Source: an archaeon
GTDB taxonomy: Archaea > Iainarchaeota > Iainarchaeia > Iainarchaeales > 0-14-0-20-34-12
Assembly (NCBI GenBank): GCA_038046645.1
Contig: JBBSVU010000022.1
Coordinates: forward strand, 1 to 26,586
DNA length: 26,586 nt
Direction: 5' to 3'
This document shows, piece by piece, positions 16,701 to 26,000 of this stretch; the first letter of the stretch is position 1; every line of letters begins with the position of its first letter. The notes under the pieces were generated by a model that had not been told where the DNA came from, searched no databases, and was given only the letters and a program-made list of their open reading frames with translations. A program made the position numbers and the translations under genes.

Positions 16701-18665
16701 TTATTTAACCTCAATGCCATTTGCTAATTTGAAGCTGTCAAAATCAACCGGCTCATTGAAATCAATCTCAAAGTTATATTTGCCTTGTTCCAAATCAGTT
16801 ATTTTTAGGGCATATGTTCCGGTACTTAATTTTATCAGGCTTGAGTAAGCATAAATATACTCTTCCGTTTTAATGTCTGCACCTTCGCCCTCTATTTTGT
16901 AAACCTTTAATGCAGTTTGGAACAACCCCTCAAGCTTTTTAGTATCGGCAATAATATCCCCTAATAAATCATAATCATTCTTTGTGCATGGCTTTACCTT
17001 GCAGCCTTTTTTCTGCTCTGCCTGCGCTTTAAGCGCATTTACTATGTTTGTGACATCTGCTTCATATTTACTATCTCTTTTTGGATCGCATAGCCCAATC
17101 TTGGAAGTCATTTTTACATTATCAAAAAACTCTTCTCCATTGCAATTCCCTGATTCACATTCAGTGTTAAAATAACACATCTGACCAATTGCTCTTTTTG
17201 CGCTGCAGATTCCTGTAATTATATTTTTATCATTTATTTCATGTGTCGGTGCAATAAATTTCCCTTTTTTCCAGCGTGGCCCATAACAGATAAGGCCTTT
17301 CTCACAATCATTGTCTGTCAAGCAAGGATCCTCTGCACTACCTCTTGAATCGGCACAATATCCTGCCCTAAGGTCACTTAGATAAACGCCATTAAATTTA
17401 GAGTAATATAGATTTTTGCAAAAATTGCTTGCACAATCAGCATTAGCATGGCAATCTATTCCAGAATTCAACTTAACTGAGCATCCACCGTTATGGAATT
17501 CAGAAAGCAAGCTTGTTTTTACAGTCTTTTTGGAATGATAGGAACCAATACAATCAGGTTTTCCGTTCTCTTTTTCGCAATCTGCATCCTTTGAACATTT
17601 GGTTGTGCAGCCTAATTCCATAATCCAAATTTTGCTTGCAGAATCAGTATCACAGCGCTTGTACTCAACCCCTGAAGAAGCATAAATGCAATTTCCGTAT
17701 GCTTTGCTGTCTGAAGCCCTTTTCTTTGTTATATTGCATTTGGTGTTAAAGCCATATCCGCAAGAAGTGTCTGAAGTGCAGAAACATTTCCCTGAAACAC
17801 AAATTGATGACACGCCGTATTCGGCAACCGTCCCGCCTAACAATGATTTGCAGTCATCATCAGTATCGCAGGAATCTGGCACAATAAGTTTGCAAACTCC
17901 TTTTGCATTCTTTTCAGCATAACTTTTTATGTCACAAATCACAGTCCTCTGCTGTTTATCTTCCAAGCCCTCTTTTGCACAAGCTGAATCATTAACACAA
18001 GCGGCATTAGGTGCACTGACCTTTTTTAAAATATTACTTGCTGCATTATTTGCAGCCAATTTATTAAGGAATGCTACGCTGACATCTACTTTTAAAATAT
18101 CCAAAGAATTAGAACCATGGGTATCATGCAAATACGTAACTAAAATATTGCCATTGTCAAATTCTACTGGCCCGATTTCAGCATCATCAAAATCCTCGCC
18201 ATGCCCTTCAGCTATTGCATTGCCTTCGGAATCTTCAATAACATAATCAGTTATATTGTCTATTACCCCTACAAGGCTATTTGCTGAACATCTTGCAGCC
18301 CCTTTATAGGTAAGATAATTAGTTGCATCGCCTAGTCTGGATAAATAAAACTTATAATAACTCACTGGGCACCACTTTAATTCATCTGGTTCTATCCAGA
18401 AAAAAGGAAATTTTTTACCTTTAACAATTATGCCTAATTCAATTTTATCTTCACCGTTAAGCTCTGGATTATTTAAAAGGCCTGTATCGCCAATGAAGGT
18501 AACATAAGTATCGCCCCAAAGTGGCTGGGAAAATGATGTACTGCTATTTATGCCTGACCTATCTACATAACTCACATATGCATCAAATTTGGTGGATTTT
18601 GCGCTAATGCTTAATGAGATTAAAACAATAAATGCAAACAAAAGGATAATTTTTTGAACGTTCAT
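16701..18665 (-). CDS. Secreted Cys-rich repeat protein
   Basis: Signal peptide (KIILLFAFIVLISLSISA) and about seven C-x5-C modules (CVNDSAC, CDTDDDC, CTSDTSC, CSKDADC, CHANADC, CLTDNDC, CYFNTEC). ATGA overlap with the upstream gene. Confidence 0.8.
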   Translation of the reverse strand: MNVQKIILLFAFIVLISLSISAKSTKFDAYVSYVDRSGINSSTSFSQPLWGDTYVTFIGDTGLLNNPELNGEDKIELGIIVKGKKFPFFWIEPDELKWCPVSYYKFYLSRLGDATNYLTYKGAARCSANSLVGVIDNITDYVIEDSEGNAIAEGHGEDFDDAEIGPVEFDNGNILVTYLHDTHGSNSLDILKVDVSVAFLNKLAANNAASNILKKVSAPNAACVNDSACAKEGLEDKQQRTVICDIKSYAEKNAKGVCKLIVPDSCDTDDDCKSLLGGTVAEYGVSSICVSGKCFCTSDTSCGYGFNTKCNITKKRASDSKAYGNCIYASSGVEYKRCDTDSASKIWIMELGCTTKCSKDADCEKENGKPDCIGSYHSKKTVKTSLLSEFHNGGCSVKLNSGIDCHANADCASNFCKNLYYSKFNGVYLSDLRAGYCADSRGSAEDPCLTDNDCEKGLICYGPRWKKGKFIAPTHEINDKNIITGICSAKRAIGQMCYFNTECESGNCNGEEFFDNVKMTSKIGLCDPKRDSKYEADVTNIVNALKAQAEQKKGCKVKPCTKNDYDLLGDIIADTKKLEGLFQTALKVYKIEGEGADIKTEEYIYAYSSLIKLSTGTYALKITDLEQGKYNFEIDFNEPVDFDSFKLANGIEVK

Positions 18666-19261
18666 CCGCACACCTCTTCAAGTGCCATAAAGCTTGATTT
18701 CATTGATTCGAAATCCTGATTTGCAAAATATTCCATTTTTCCCAAATACTCAAAATTTAAAGATTTGATATCTGCATCATCTTTATATTTTGAGGTTAAT
18801 GTATCCAACTTAGATTGTTTCAATGCAATCATTGGCAAAATATCTTTATACAACGCAAGGAAATCATCCTTGAACTGGAGCAGATTGCAGGAATCATCAG
18901 TTATTGCCAATTCTGCCTCTTCTGACTTTATTAATAATAATTTATTCTGTTTTAGTTCATCGGCCAAAGAGGAATAAACATCTGCCAATAATGCAACCTT
19001 TTCTTCATCCTTGCATTTTGATTTCAATGAAGAAAGCTCAGCTTTTATTGAATCTAAATCTGCATCCTTAATCTTGGTTACTTTATCTGATTCATATGTT
19101 TCTAATGAGTAAATATCAATGCCTTTGCCGGAAAAAGCAGCTGTTAAATCTGAGGTAGAAACAGTGCAAGGCTTTGCTACTTGCTGCTCTTCCTGCTGAT
19201 TAATACAGCCAGATAAAAAGATTAATATAATAAAGAATCCTAAAAACCACTTAATTGACAA
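18662..19261 (-). CDS. Putative lipoprotein, helical
   Basis: MSIKWFLGFFIILIFLSGC lipobox-type signal; TTG start preceded by SD GGTGAT. Confidence 0.8.
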   Translation of the reverse strand: MSIKWFLGFFIILIFLSGCINQQEEQQVAKPCTVSTSDLTAAFSGKGIDIYSLETYESDKVTKIKDADLDSIKAELSSLKSKCKDEEKVALLADVYSSLADELKQNKLLLIKSEEAELAITDDSCNLLQFKDDFLALYKDILPMIALKQSKLDTLTSKYKDDADIKSLNFEYLGKMEYFANQDFESMKSSFMALEEVCG

Positions 19262-19344
19262 AGTATCACCATTTCCAGTTAATTATTGATTTATTAGAAT
19301 ATATAAGAATATATATTAATGAATATAAATAGCTTTGCATCAGG

Positions 19345-19962
19345 TTAGCTGCTTCTTTTTAGCAACTCAAGCAATTGCAGCTTCTTAAGCTTGTACTGCC
19401 TTGGGGTAATGTTGAAATAATCAAAATCCTTGAAGGAATTTATGATGTCAAAAAGATGCCTCTTAAATCCTAGTATCTTATATTTTTCCAATATGCCTGC
19501 ATATTGCTTAAAGTCAAAGTGGCAATTAAGGAGAATGGAAATAATGTCAATCCTGTCTTTCAACCCTTTGCTTGAATGTGCCCGGTCCTGCTCTGCCTGC
19601 TGTTTTAATAGGATAAGATATTCTGGTTTCAGAACCTTAAATCCTTGTACTTGATTAACCTGTTTGATCAGATCCTCTGTCGGAATTATGAATTTAGAAT
19701 AATAAGGAACATAAATATCTATATCGATTTCATCAATAATTATTTCGTATTTGTTAAGTTTAACATTCTTCTTAAGGGCATAATTATTCCTTATCTTTTC
19801 AAGCTCAGTAAAATCAACTATCAGATCAATATCCCTAGATTTATTTGTTTTAGCGTAAAGGTATGCTGCCCAGCCGCCAATAAGGACAAAATCAAATTTT
19901 CTTTTGAAATCCTGCAGAACTTGCCAACTCCTTTCAGTTACAATATCATTCCAAAATTCCAT
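19345..19962 (-). CDS. Nucleotidyltransferase, AbiEii-like toxin
   Basis: FVLIGGWAAYLY, SRDIDLIV, LILLKQQA and KGLKDRIDI; overlaps the upstream HTH gene. Confidence 0.8.
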   Translation of the reverse strand: MEFWNDIVTERSWQVLQDFKRKFDFVLIGGWAAYLYAKTNKSRDIDLIVDFTELEKIRNNYALKKNVKLNKYEIIIDEIDIDIYVPYYSKFIIPTEDLIKQVNQVQGFKVLKPEYLILLKQQAEQDRAHSSKGLKDRIDIISILLNCHFDFKQYAGILEKYKILGFKRHLFDIINSFKDFDYFNITPRQYKLKKLQLLELLKRSS

Positions 19963-20536
19963 TTATTCTCAACTCCAGCGCTTTAATAAAGTCAGAAGAA
20001 TACCATTCCCCTAAATTCCAGATATCAACAAAGGTCTGGGCCAAAGAAGTTATCTTGCCATATCTTTCCATGGCCGCATCTTTTAAAATCACAAAAAGAT
20101 TTGGCTGCCCACTTTTACTTGGAAACCTTTTTTTTATTTCATCCAAGGAATCTGCATAAACATACACTTCAGAATAATCAGCAGGCACTTCTTTGAAACT
20201 AAATTTGTATGCAGAATATGCGCCAAATAAGCAATTTGCAGGGATATTTTTTTCAATCTCAGAAATAGAAATATCGACCCTTGTTTGATACACCACATCC
20301 TTAGCCAAATTTCTTACACTTGCCCAATACAGCAAAATTTTTTTTGGATTAGTAATTTTGAGATTCATCGGATTAACTTTAATTGCATTCATTCTCCTTA
20401 ATGGCTTAAGGGCAAGGTTTACTGTGGATAAAGACATTCCAAGCAAGCTGCTTAATTCTTTCTGCGTCAGCAAAAAATTATTCTTCTCCAATGCCTGGAA
20501 TAAGAGTTCTCGATATACTAATTCTACCTTATTCAT
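19946..20536 (-). CDS. wHTH transcriptional regulator, AbiEi-like antitoxin
   Basis: TQKELSSLLGMSLSTVNLAL (HTH), KILLYWA, FGAYSAY and AQTFVDIWN. Confidence 0.8.
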   Translation of the reverse strand: MNKVELVYRELLFQALEKNNFLLTQKELSSLLGMSLSTVNLALKPLRRMNAIKVNPMNLKITNPKKILLYWASVRNLAKDVVYQTRVDISISEIEKNIPANCLFGAYSAYKFSFKEVPADYSEVYVYADSLDEIKKRFPSKSGQPNLFVILKDAAMERYGKITSLAQTFVDIWNLGEWYSSDFIKALELRINGILE

Positions 20537-20558
20537 AAACGATACTTAGGGCAAAGAA

Positions 20559-20586
20559 TATTTAAAGGTTTCGATATTTATCGAAA
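20559..20586 (-). promoter_or_regulatory. TATA box and palindromic operator of the AbiE-like module
   Basis: TTTAAATA (minus strand) at 20559-20566; perfect IR TTTCGATA-TT-TATCGAAA at 20569-20586. Confidence 0.6.
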
Positions 20587-20695
20587 GGTACAAATAATCT
20601 GTAGATTAAGGAATATGCACCCCCAAAAAGGGCTTACAGAGCTTAATGCAGAACATATTCCCCCATAAAATTATTTTCATCAACCGGATTTGCCA

Positions 20696-20824
20696 GCTGC
20701 CCCGCTTCAGAATAAAAAAAGGGTTCACATAATGAAAAGTTTTGTAATGGTCTTTGAAGTGGATGAAAACAAAAAGATTGTAAGGATTTTGGATCTTAAC
20801 CACCACGATAATATTTACCGCTAA
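20696..20824 (+). pseudogene. C-terminal remnant of a RelE/YafQ-like toxin
   Basis: Hand translation AAPLQNKKRVHIMKSFVMVFEVDENKKIVRILDLNHHDNIYR* resembles the RVH...FVL...DHHDxIY end of archaeal RelE-like toxins. In-frame TAA at 20666-20668; no antitoxin nearby. Confidence 0.65.
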
Positions 20825-20903
20825 AATCAAAAGAAAAGAAAAACCATGGAAGTATTTAATTAACCTTCGTTTCTAATTTTGTTGGCAAGAATTGAGGGAG
20901 ATA

Positions 20904-21800
20904 ATGAGGCTTTTTGCGGGCAGCTCAAACATTGAACTAGCTGAAGAAATCACTAATTCTTTAAAACTAAAGATAAGTTCAAGCGAATTTGAAAGATTTT
21001 CAGACAGGGAATGCATTGTAAGGATTAAGGAAGAAATTAAGGGAGAAACAGTTTATCTAATTGAAAGCACTTGCAACCCGGTAAATGAAACCGTGATGGA
21101 ATTATTAATAATGGCAGATGCCTGCTTGAATAATGGTGCGCATAAAATACATGCTGTTATTCCGTACTATGGATACAGCAGGCAGGATAGAATTAGTATT
21201 CCTGGGGAGCCTGTTACCACAAAATTGATTGCAAAGCTGATTGAAGCTTCAGGCATTTCAAGTGTTACAACAATGGATATTCATTCAAAAGCAACTACTG
21301 AAGCATTTAATATTCCATTCAATGATTTGCATTTTACAAACACTTTAATCAGGTATCTGGAAGGCAAGATAAAAAAAGGGAAAAAGGATTTTATGATTGT
21401 TGCGCCAGACCATGGTGCTTTGGAAAGGGCAGAAAGGATTGCAAAAGCATTGGGAATTGACTCAACATATATTGAAAAGAAAAGAAGCAAGGCAGAAGCT
21501 ATTTCAACAATGGAACTAATGGGAAAGGTAAAGGGCAAAAATGTTGTATTGGTTGATGATTTGATTGGCACAGGCGGGACAATAATTAAAGCAGCAGAAT
21601 TATTGAAGAAGGAAGGTGCAGAAGAAGTATCTGTTGCAGCTACTCATGGAGTATTTGCAAATGATGCAATTGAACGCTTGAATAATTCTTTGGTGAATGA
21701 TATAATTGTTTCAAATACAATTCCGCAGAGAAGAAGGGTAGATAAATTAACTGTCTTAAGCGTTGCTGAAGAGTTTGCTGATTTTATAAAAAAAATTTAA
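20904..21800 (+). CDS. prs: Ribose-phosphate pyrophosphokinase
   Basis: FAGSSN, PYYGYSRQDR, MDIHS, VAPDHGA, LVDDLIGTGGT and ATHGVF; RBS GAGGGAG before the ATG at 20904. Confidence 0.96.
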   Translation: MRLFAGSSNIELAEEITNSLKLKISSSEFERFSDRECIVRIKEEIKGETVYLIESTCNPVNETVMELLIMADACLNNGAHKIHAVIPYYGYSRQDRISIPGEPVTTKLIAKLIEASGISSVTTMDIHSKATTEAFNIPFNDLHFTNTLIRYLEGKIKKGKKDFMIVAPDHGALERAERIAKALGIDSTYIEKKRSKAEAISTMELMGKVKGKNVVLVDDLIGTGGTIIKAAELLKKEGAEEVSVAATHGVFANDAIERLNNSLVNDIIVSNTIPQRRRVDKLTVLSVAEEFADFIKKI

Positions 21801-22178
21801 CTATTTGATAAACAAAATATTTGGAAATCCTCGGAAAGCTTCATCCCCAGTAACAAACACCAAATCATTTTCTTTGGCAAGAACATATCCAATACAATCA
21901 GCATAAGAAAAATTCTTGGAATAATTTTGCTTCTTAAATTCAGCAATCTTTATCAAATCATTTTTGGCAATATCTATAATCTTTGGCTCCAACATAGATA
22001 ACAAACGAATAACTTTGTCTTTAGGGAACTGCTTTAATAAGGCATAAGCTAGCTCTGCAAGATTGACCATAGAACAATAAACAGTTTGACCTGCAAAGCA
22101 AGAATAATTTTCATTGCCTTTTATTATTTCATACAGCGCGTATGTGTCCAAGAAGTTTCTTGTCTCTCCTTGCATCAT
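21801..22178 (-). CDS. vapC: PIN domain (VapC-type) toxin
   Basis: FLDTYALYE, NLAEL, FSYADCIGY and FVTGDEAF (PIN acidic residues). Confidence 0.9.
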   Translation of the reverse strand: MMQGETRNFLDTYALYEIIKGNENYSCFAGQTVYCSMVNLAELAYALLKQFPKDKVIRLLSMLEPKIIDIAKNDLIKIAEFKKQNYSKNFSYADCIGYVLAKENDLVFVTGDEAFRGFPNILFIK

Positions 22179-22386
22179 CTTCCCTCATCAAATCCTTAAC
22201 CTTCTGTGCACTTAGTTTTAGAGTTTTTGCGGCCCCAAAAACTTCTTTTGACAAAACAGGTTCTTTTGTTTTGATCTCTATGACTATGCATTGGCGTTCC
22301 CTGATATTTGCTTTTTTAACTATTTCTGCAGGCAATGTAACCCCTAAAGAATTGCCCCATTTTCTAGTGGTAGTAGTAATTTCCAT
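22129..22386 (-). CDS. vapB: AbrB/MazE/SpoVT-type antitoxin (VapB)
   Basis: TRKWGNSLGVTLPAEIVKKANI; overlaps the PIN gene. Confidence 0.9.
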   Translation of the reverse strand: MEITTTTRKWGNSLGVTLPAEIVKKANIRERQCIVIEIKTKEPVLSKEVFGAAKTLKLSAQKVKDLMREDDARRDKKLLGHIRAV

Positions 22387-22395
22387 CTAATCACT

Positions 22396-22419
22396 AAGAT
22401 AATTATATCTAATTATCTT
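22396..22419 (-). promoter_or_regulatory. Palindromic operator of vapBC
   Basis: Perfect 10-bp IR AAGATAATTA-TATC-TAATTATCTT lying between a TATA-like element and the vapB start. Confidence 0.65.
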
Positions 22420-22420
22420 T

Positions 22421-22903
22421 TTAAACCCTTCTAGCCACAGTTGGGACTTTTACTGCTTTACGCACAGGTCTCACACCTGCAGCAGGAGGATTTTCAAAAT
22501 AATAAAGAGCAGCGTTTGCCGTCCTAGCAAGCCTAAAGTCTGCAGAATGCAGTGCTTTTGAGATAATGGTTCTGGCATTTCTCCTTGTTCTTCCGCTTAA
22601 TTTGTGGGAAATATCAGCTAGGCCCAACAAGGCAGCCCTTTGAACGATTAAATCTTCTTCAAGCGCCAAAGGCCTTAGCATTGAGAATATTCTTTCTGCA
22701 TGTTTGGAACCAAATTTGCTTTTACCATATTCTGCCAAAGCAATAACTGCAGCCCTTCTTTGCCTTCTATTCGATGAATTTAATTCAGCAGAAGCCTTAT
22801 CAAAAAAATCCTGCTTATCATTAACCTTTGATTTTCCGCGCCAGATTCTTTTTATTGCAGGCAGAATTTTTATTCGCTTTAAAAATGCAGGCAATCTGGG
22901 CAT
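22421..22903 (-). CDS. Basic HEAT-repeat-like protein
   Basis: LNSSNRRQRRAAVIALAE, EEDLIVQRAALLGLAD and LHSADFRLARTANAAL resemble HEAT/PBS-lyase repeats; Arg/Lys-rich MP- N-terminus. Confidence 0.7.
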   Translation of the reverse strand: MPRLPAFLKRIKILPAIKRIWRGKSKVNDKQDFFDKASAELNSSNRRQRRAAVIALAEYGKSKFGSKHAERIFSMLRPLALEEDLIVQRAALLGLADISHKLSGRTRRNARTIISKALHSADFRLARTANAALYYFENPPAAGVRPVRKAVKVPTVARRV

Positions 22904-22974
22904 ATATAATCAACAAAATAATTAATCAATTGAATGAAAATAATAAGGAATTGAATAATATAAACTTTAGCAAC

Positions 22975-23074
22975 AGCCATAAAAAAGCAAATAAGCATTA
23001 CAACAAACCTACTGCATTCTTTGAATAGCCATAAAAAACAAATAAACATTACAACAAGCCTACTGCATTCTTTG
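22975..23074. repeat. Tandem duplication (~52-bp period) spanning the stop codon of the large gene
   Basis: Copies at 22975-23023 and 23027-23074 differ by two substitutions and one indel. Confidence 0.9.
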
Positions 23075-26000
23075 TATTATTATTGGCCTTTTAATGTCTG
23101 TAGTTTCAATTAAAATTGTCGGAGAGTTACCCTCCTCAATCAAGCTTACCCTTACTGCATTATTTCCCATTTGGGATGCAGGCACTTCCCTGACAATGAA
23201 ATATCCAACAGCTTCAGGGTCAAAATCTGTTAATACAATAACATCTTCACTCAATCCTTTTGCAAAAGAGACTGATGAGAATGGCTGTTGTTGCCCAAGC
23301 AGGCCAAACTGATGGACACCCTTATCTGTTTTAGACCATACCAAAAATTGCTGTGTATTGGATCCGCCAAATAACACACTTGGTTTAGAGGCTGCGGCTG
23401 ATTCAACCTTTGCTGGGGAAGGCAGTGCCCTAGTCTTGCTGGTATATTCCACAGGCACAGCAGTATCATAACCACTTGCTTTTGCAAGGTCATCTGCAAT
23501 AGCCTCAGGTGCAAATTCATCTATTATTATTTCATTGCCTATTTTTTTGCCCAAAAATTTTCCTTCGCTTCTCCTTAGAAAACTAATATCCCAAGATACC
23601 TTGCCTGCATTTTGGCCTTTTGTGATTAATGAAGGGGTATCTCCCCTAACCCAACGCTGTGCCTCTTCCCATGCTGCCTTGTTTACCCTTAAGACAGTTT
23701 CATTATCAGTAAAAACAACATATTCTGCTGTTGAAGGTTTTCCTGCTGCATACTTTTTAAAGAGCGTATGGAATGTTTTGCTATCACTAACTGATATTAA
23801 TTGAGCATCTAAAGTCTCTAAACCTGTCCATTCTGAATTCGCTTTCAGTACAGAATCTTTTATTGCTAAATCTAGCCTATATTTTTGGACAGAAACGCCT
23901 GCTTCTGTTTCAATTGCTGTATTACCAACAAATGCTTTCATCTCTGGAAGCTTTTCTGTTTTGTTAAAAGATGAAGCTAATTTCATATCTCTTTCAACTG
24001 CATCAAGCACAGCTAGCGACTTACTTGTGGTTGTAGAAGCTGCTTGTGGCAGGTCACCAATAACAATATCAACAGGTTCTCTCCATAAGGAGCCTTTTAC
24101 ACTCATAAAATATTTTTCATCAACAGTAACTAATCCTTTATTCCCCCCTTTAACTCCGGCAAAGAATCTGACTTCAGGGCCTCTTGCAGTTATATCAATA
24201 ACATTTATGTTTCCTTTTAGAGAACCTTGAAGTGCAGAAGGTATTTGTTCTTGTGCTACTGTTGCCGGATAATTTGAGGCTAATTTTCCTTCTAAGGATA
24301 TTTCAGAGACTTTTATTGGCGAAATTGCCCCTTCTGCCTTTGAGCCAACCTTAACCACTGTTGCAACTGTTGTTGTTTTTTCCATGCCTAAAGCAGCACG
24401 CAGGTCTTTTGCATAAGGTGCAGGAGATACTTCCAAAATGTCTATTGCTTTCTCTACTATTGTTTCTGCTTCTTTCTTCGGATAAAACAAACCGTGCTTT
24501 TTTAAAACCTGGACAATATCATCCGGAAGATCATAAAGCGCATTAGAAAGATTTTTCCCAAACAACCTAGAATTGAAATACGCACTGCCTTCATCAACTA
24601 TTGTATTAAGGCTTGCTGCCCTACCGTTAGGCATAATTCTTACTGCTGGCACTTTATAGCCGCTTTCTACAAGCAAACTTTCTACCTCAGGAGTAATATT
24701 AGAGGTTTTCAATCCAGCAAAAGGATAATGCAAATTAGTTTCATAAATGCCTTTTTCCATTAAATTAGCATATATCTGCTCAACAAGTTCTGGATGATTT
24801 CCATATGCCTCTAAAATTTCTGCTTGTGCTTCTGCAGGAAGACTGGCAAATCGTGCATGAGTTAATTCATGACCTACTGTTCCAGTTAAGCTTTCAATAA
24901 ACTGAGCCTCGCCTCCCTGTGTCCAAACATGGCTTCCTGTATACACTCGCAGGGTTTCACCTGATCCTCCTATGCCTTTACTAAAATAGCCACCCGCGTT
25001 AGGGTCTCTAGTCCCTAACTCTACAATACCTTTAAATCCTGGGACATCTGCTTCAAAGCCAGCAACTACTGAAGAATCAAAAGTTCTTCTTACTGCAGAC
25101 AATGCTTCCTTTTGGGCAGTCTGAGAAAACCTTTCTGCCCTAGCAATTAATCCTTGCGGCAAACCTGCATTATTTGCAGCATTTGAAAAAGCCAAGGGAT
25201 TGCCTGAAACAGCTGCTAAATTTTCAACTGTTTCGGGGGCTAAACCTGCTTGTGTTACTGCAGTAACAGGTTCAAGCGATTCTTCTATGGATTCAACTGC
25301 TTCAGCAAAATTTTTAATTTCTGGGATTTCTGAAACCTTCAGTTTAGATAATTGTGCTGCTTGATCCATTATTGCTTCAAGCTCCTTCATAATTTCAACA
25401 TCCTGCGAAGCTGCAATGCCATTTTTTTCAAGATAAGAAAATGCCTTTCTTAATAATTTGGATTTTGCAACTAATTCACTTAATGTTTTAGGATCTTTTG
25501 GAACTGCCAAATAGCCTCTGCCCGTATCAAACAACAAACTTTTTTCCAGATCCCAGATTTTCATGGTTCTTCCTGCAATTGTGGCTTCATAATTTGGCAA
25601 TTGGGCAATAGCGGGAATTTCGTTTGGCGCAATGTCTAAAATAAAATGTAAAAAAGAGCTTTGAGCTGATTTTGCTTTTAGTATCAGTTTATTAACATTC
25701 CAAGTCCTGTATGCCATAATGGGCTTTGCAGTAATCCTTGCTGCCAAATCATCAAAAGGGCTATTTAAGATTGATTTAAGCTTACCTAATTTTGATACAT
25801 CTTTTGCTGCATCACTTGCTTCAACCAGAGGAAGGGATTTTCCTGCTGCAGCCAATCTTTGAGCCCTTGTTGCATAGACTGATGCCTTTGCACCTAACTT
25901 TACAAAAAATCCCACGCCCATAGTAATTAATGTCATCGCAGCCATTTCTGTGTTGGTAAAGCCTTCAAGCACTGCAAGGTATTGTTCAGATTTTTGTTTG

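Noticed and set aside
20606..20830. 74-aa minus-strand ORF
   Set aside because: Antisense to the RelE remnant, with a TTG start and no recognisable features.
22828..23050. Short ORFs on either strand across the AT-rich spacer and tandem repeat
   Set aside because: Low-complexity products explained by base composition; they overlap the HEAT-like gene start.
22975..23074. Repeat pair as a DGR template/variable repeat or CRISPR
   Set aside because: Only two substitutions, in opposite A/G directions, mostly in non-coding sequence. There is no spacer and no reverse transcriptase in the window.
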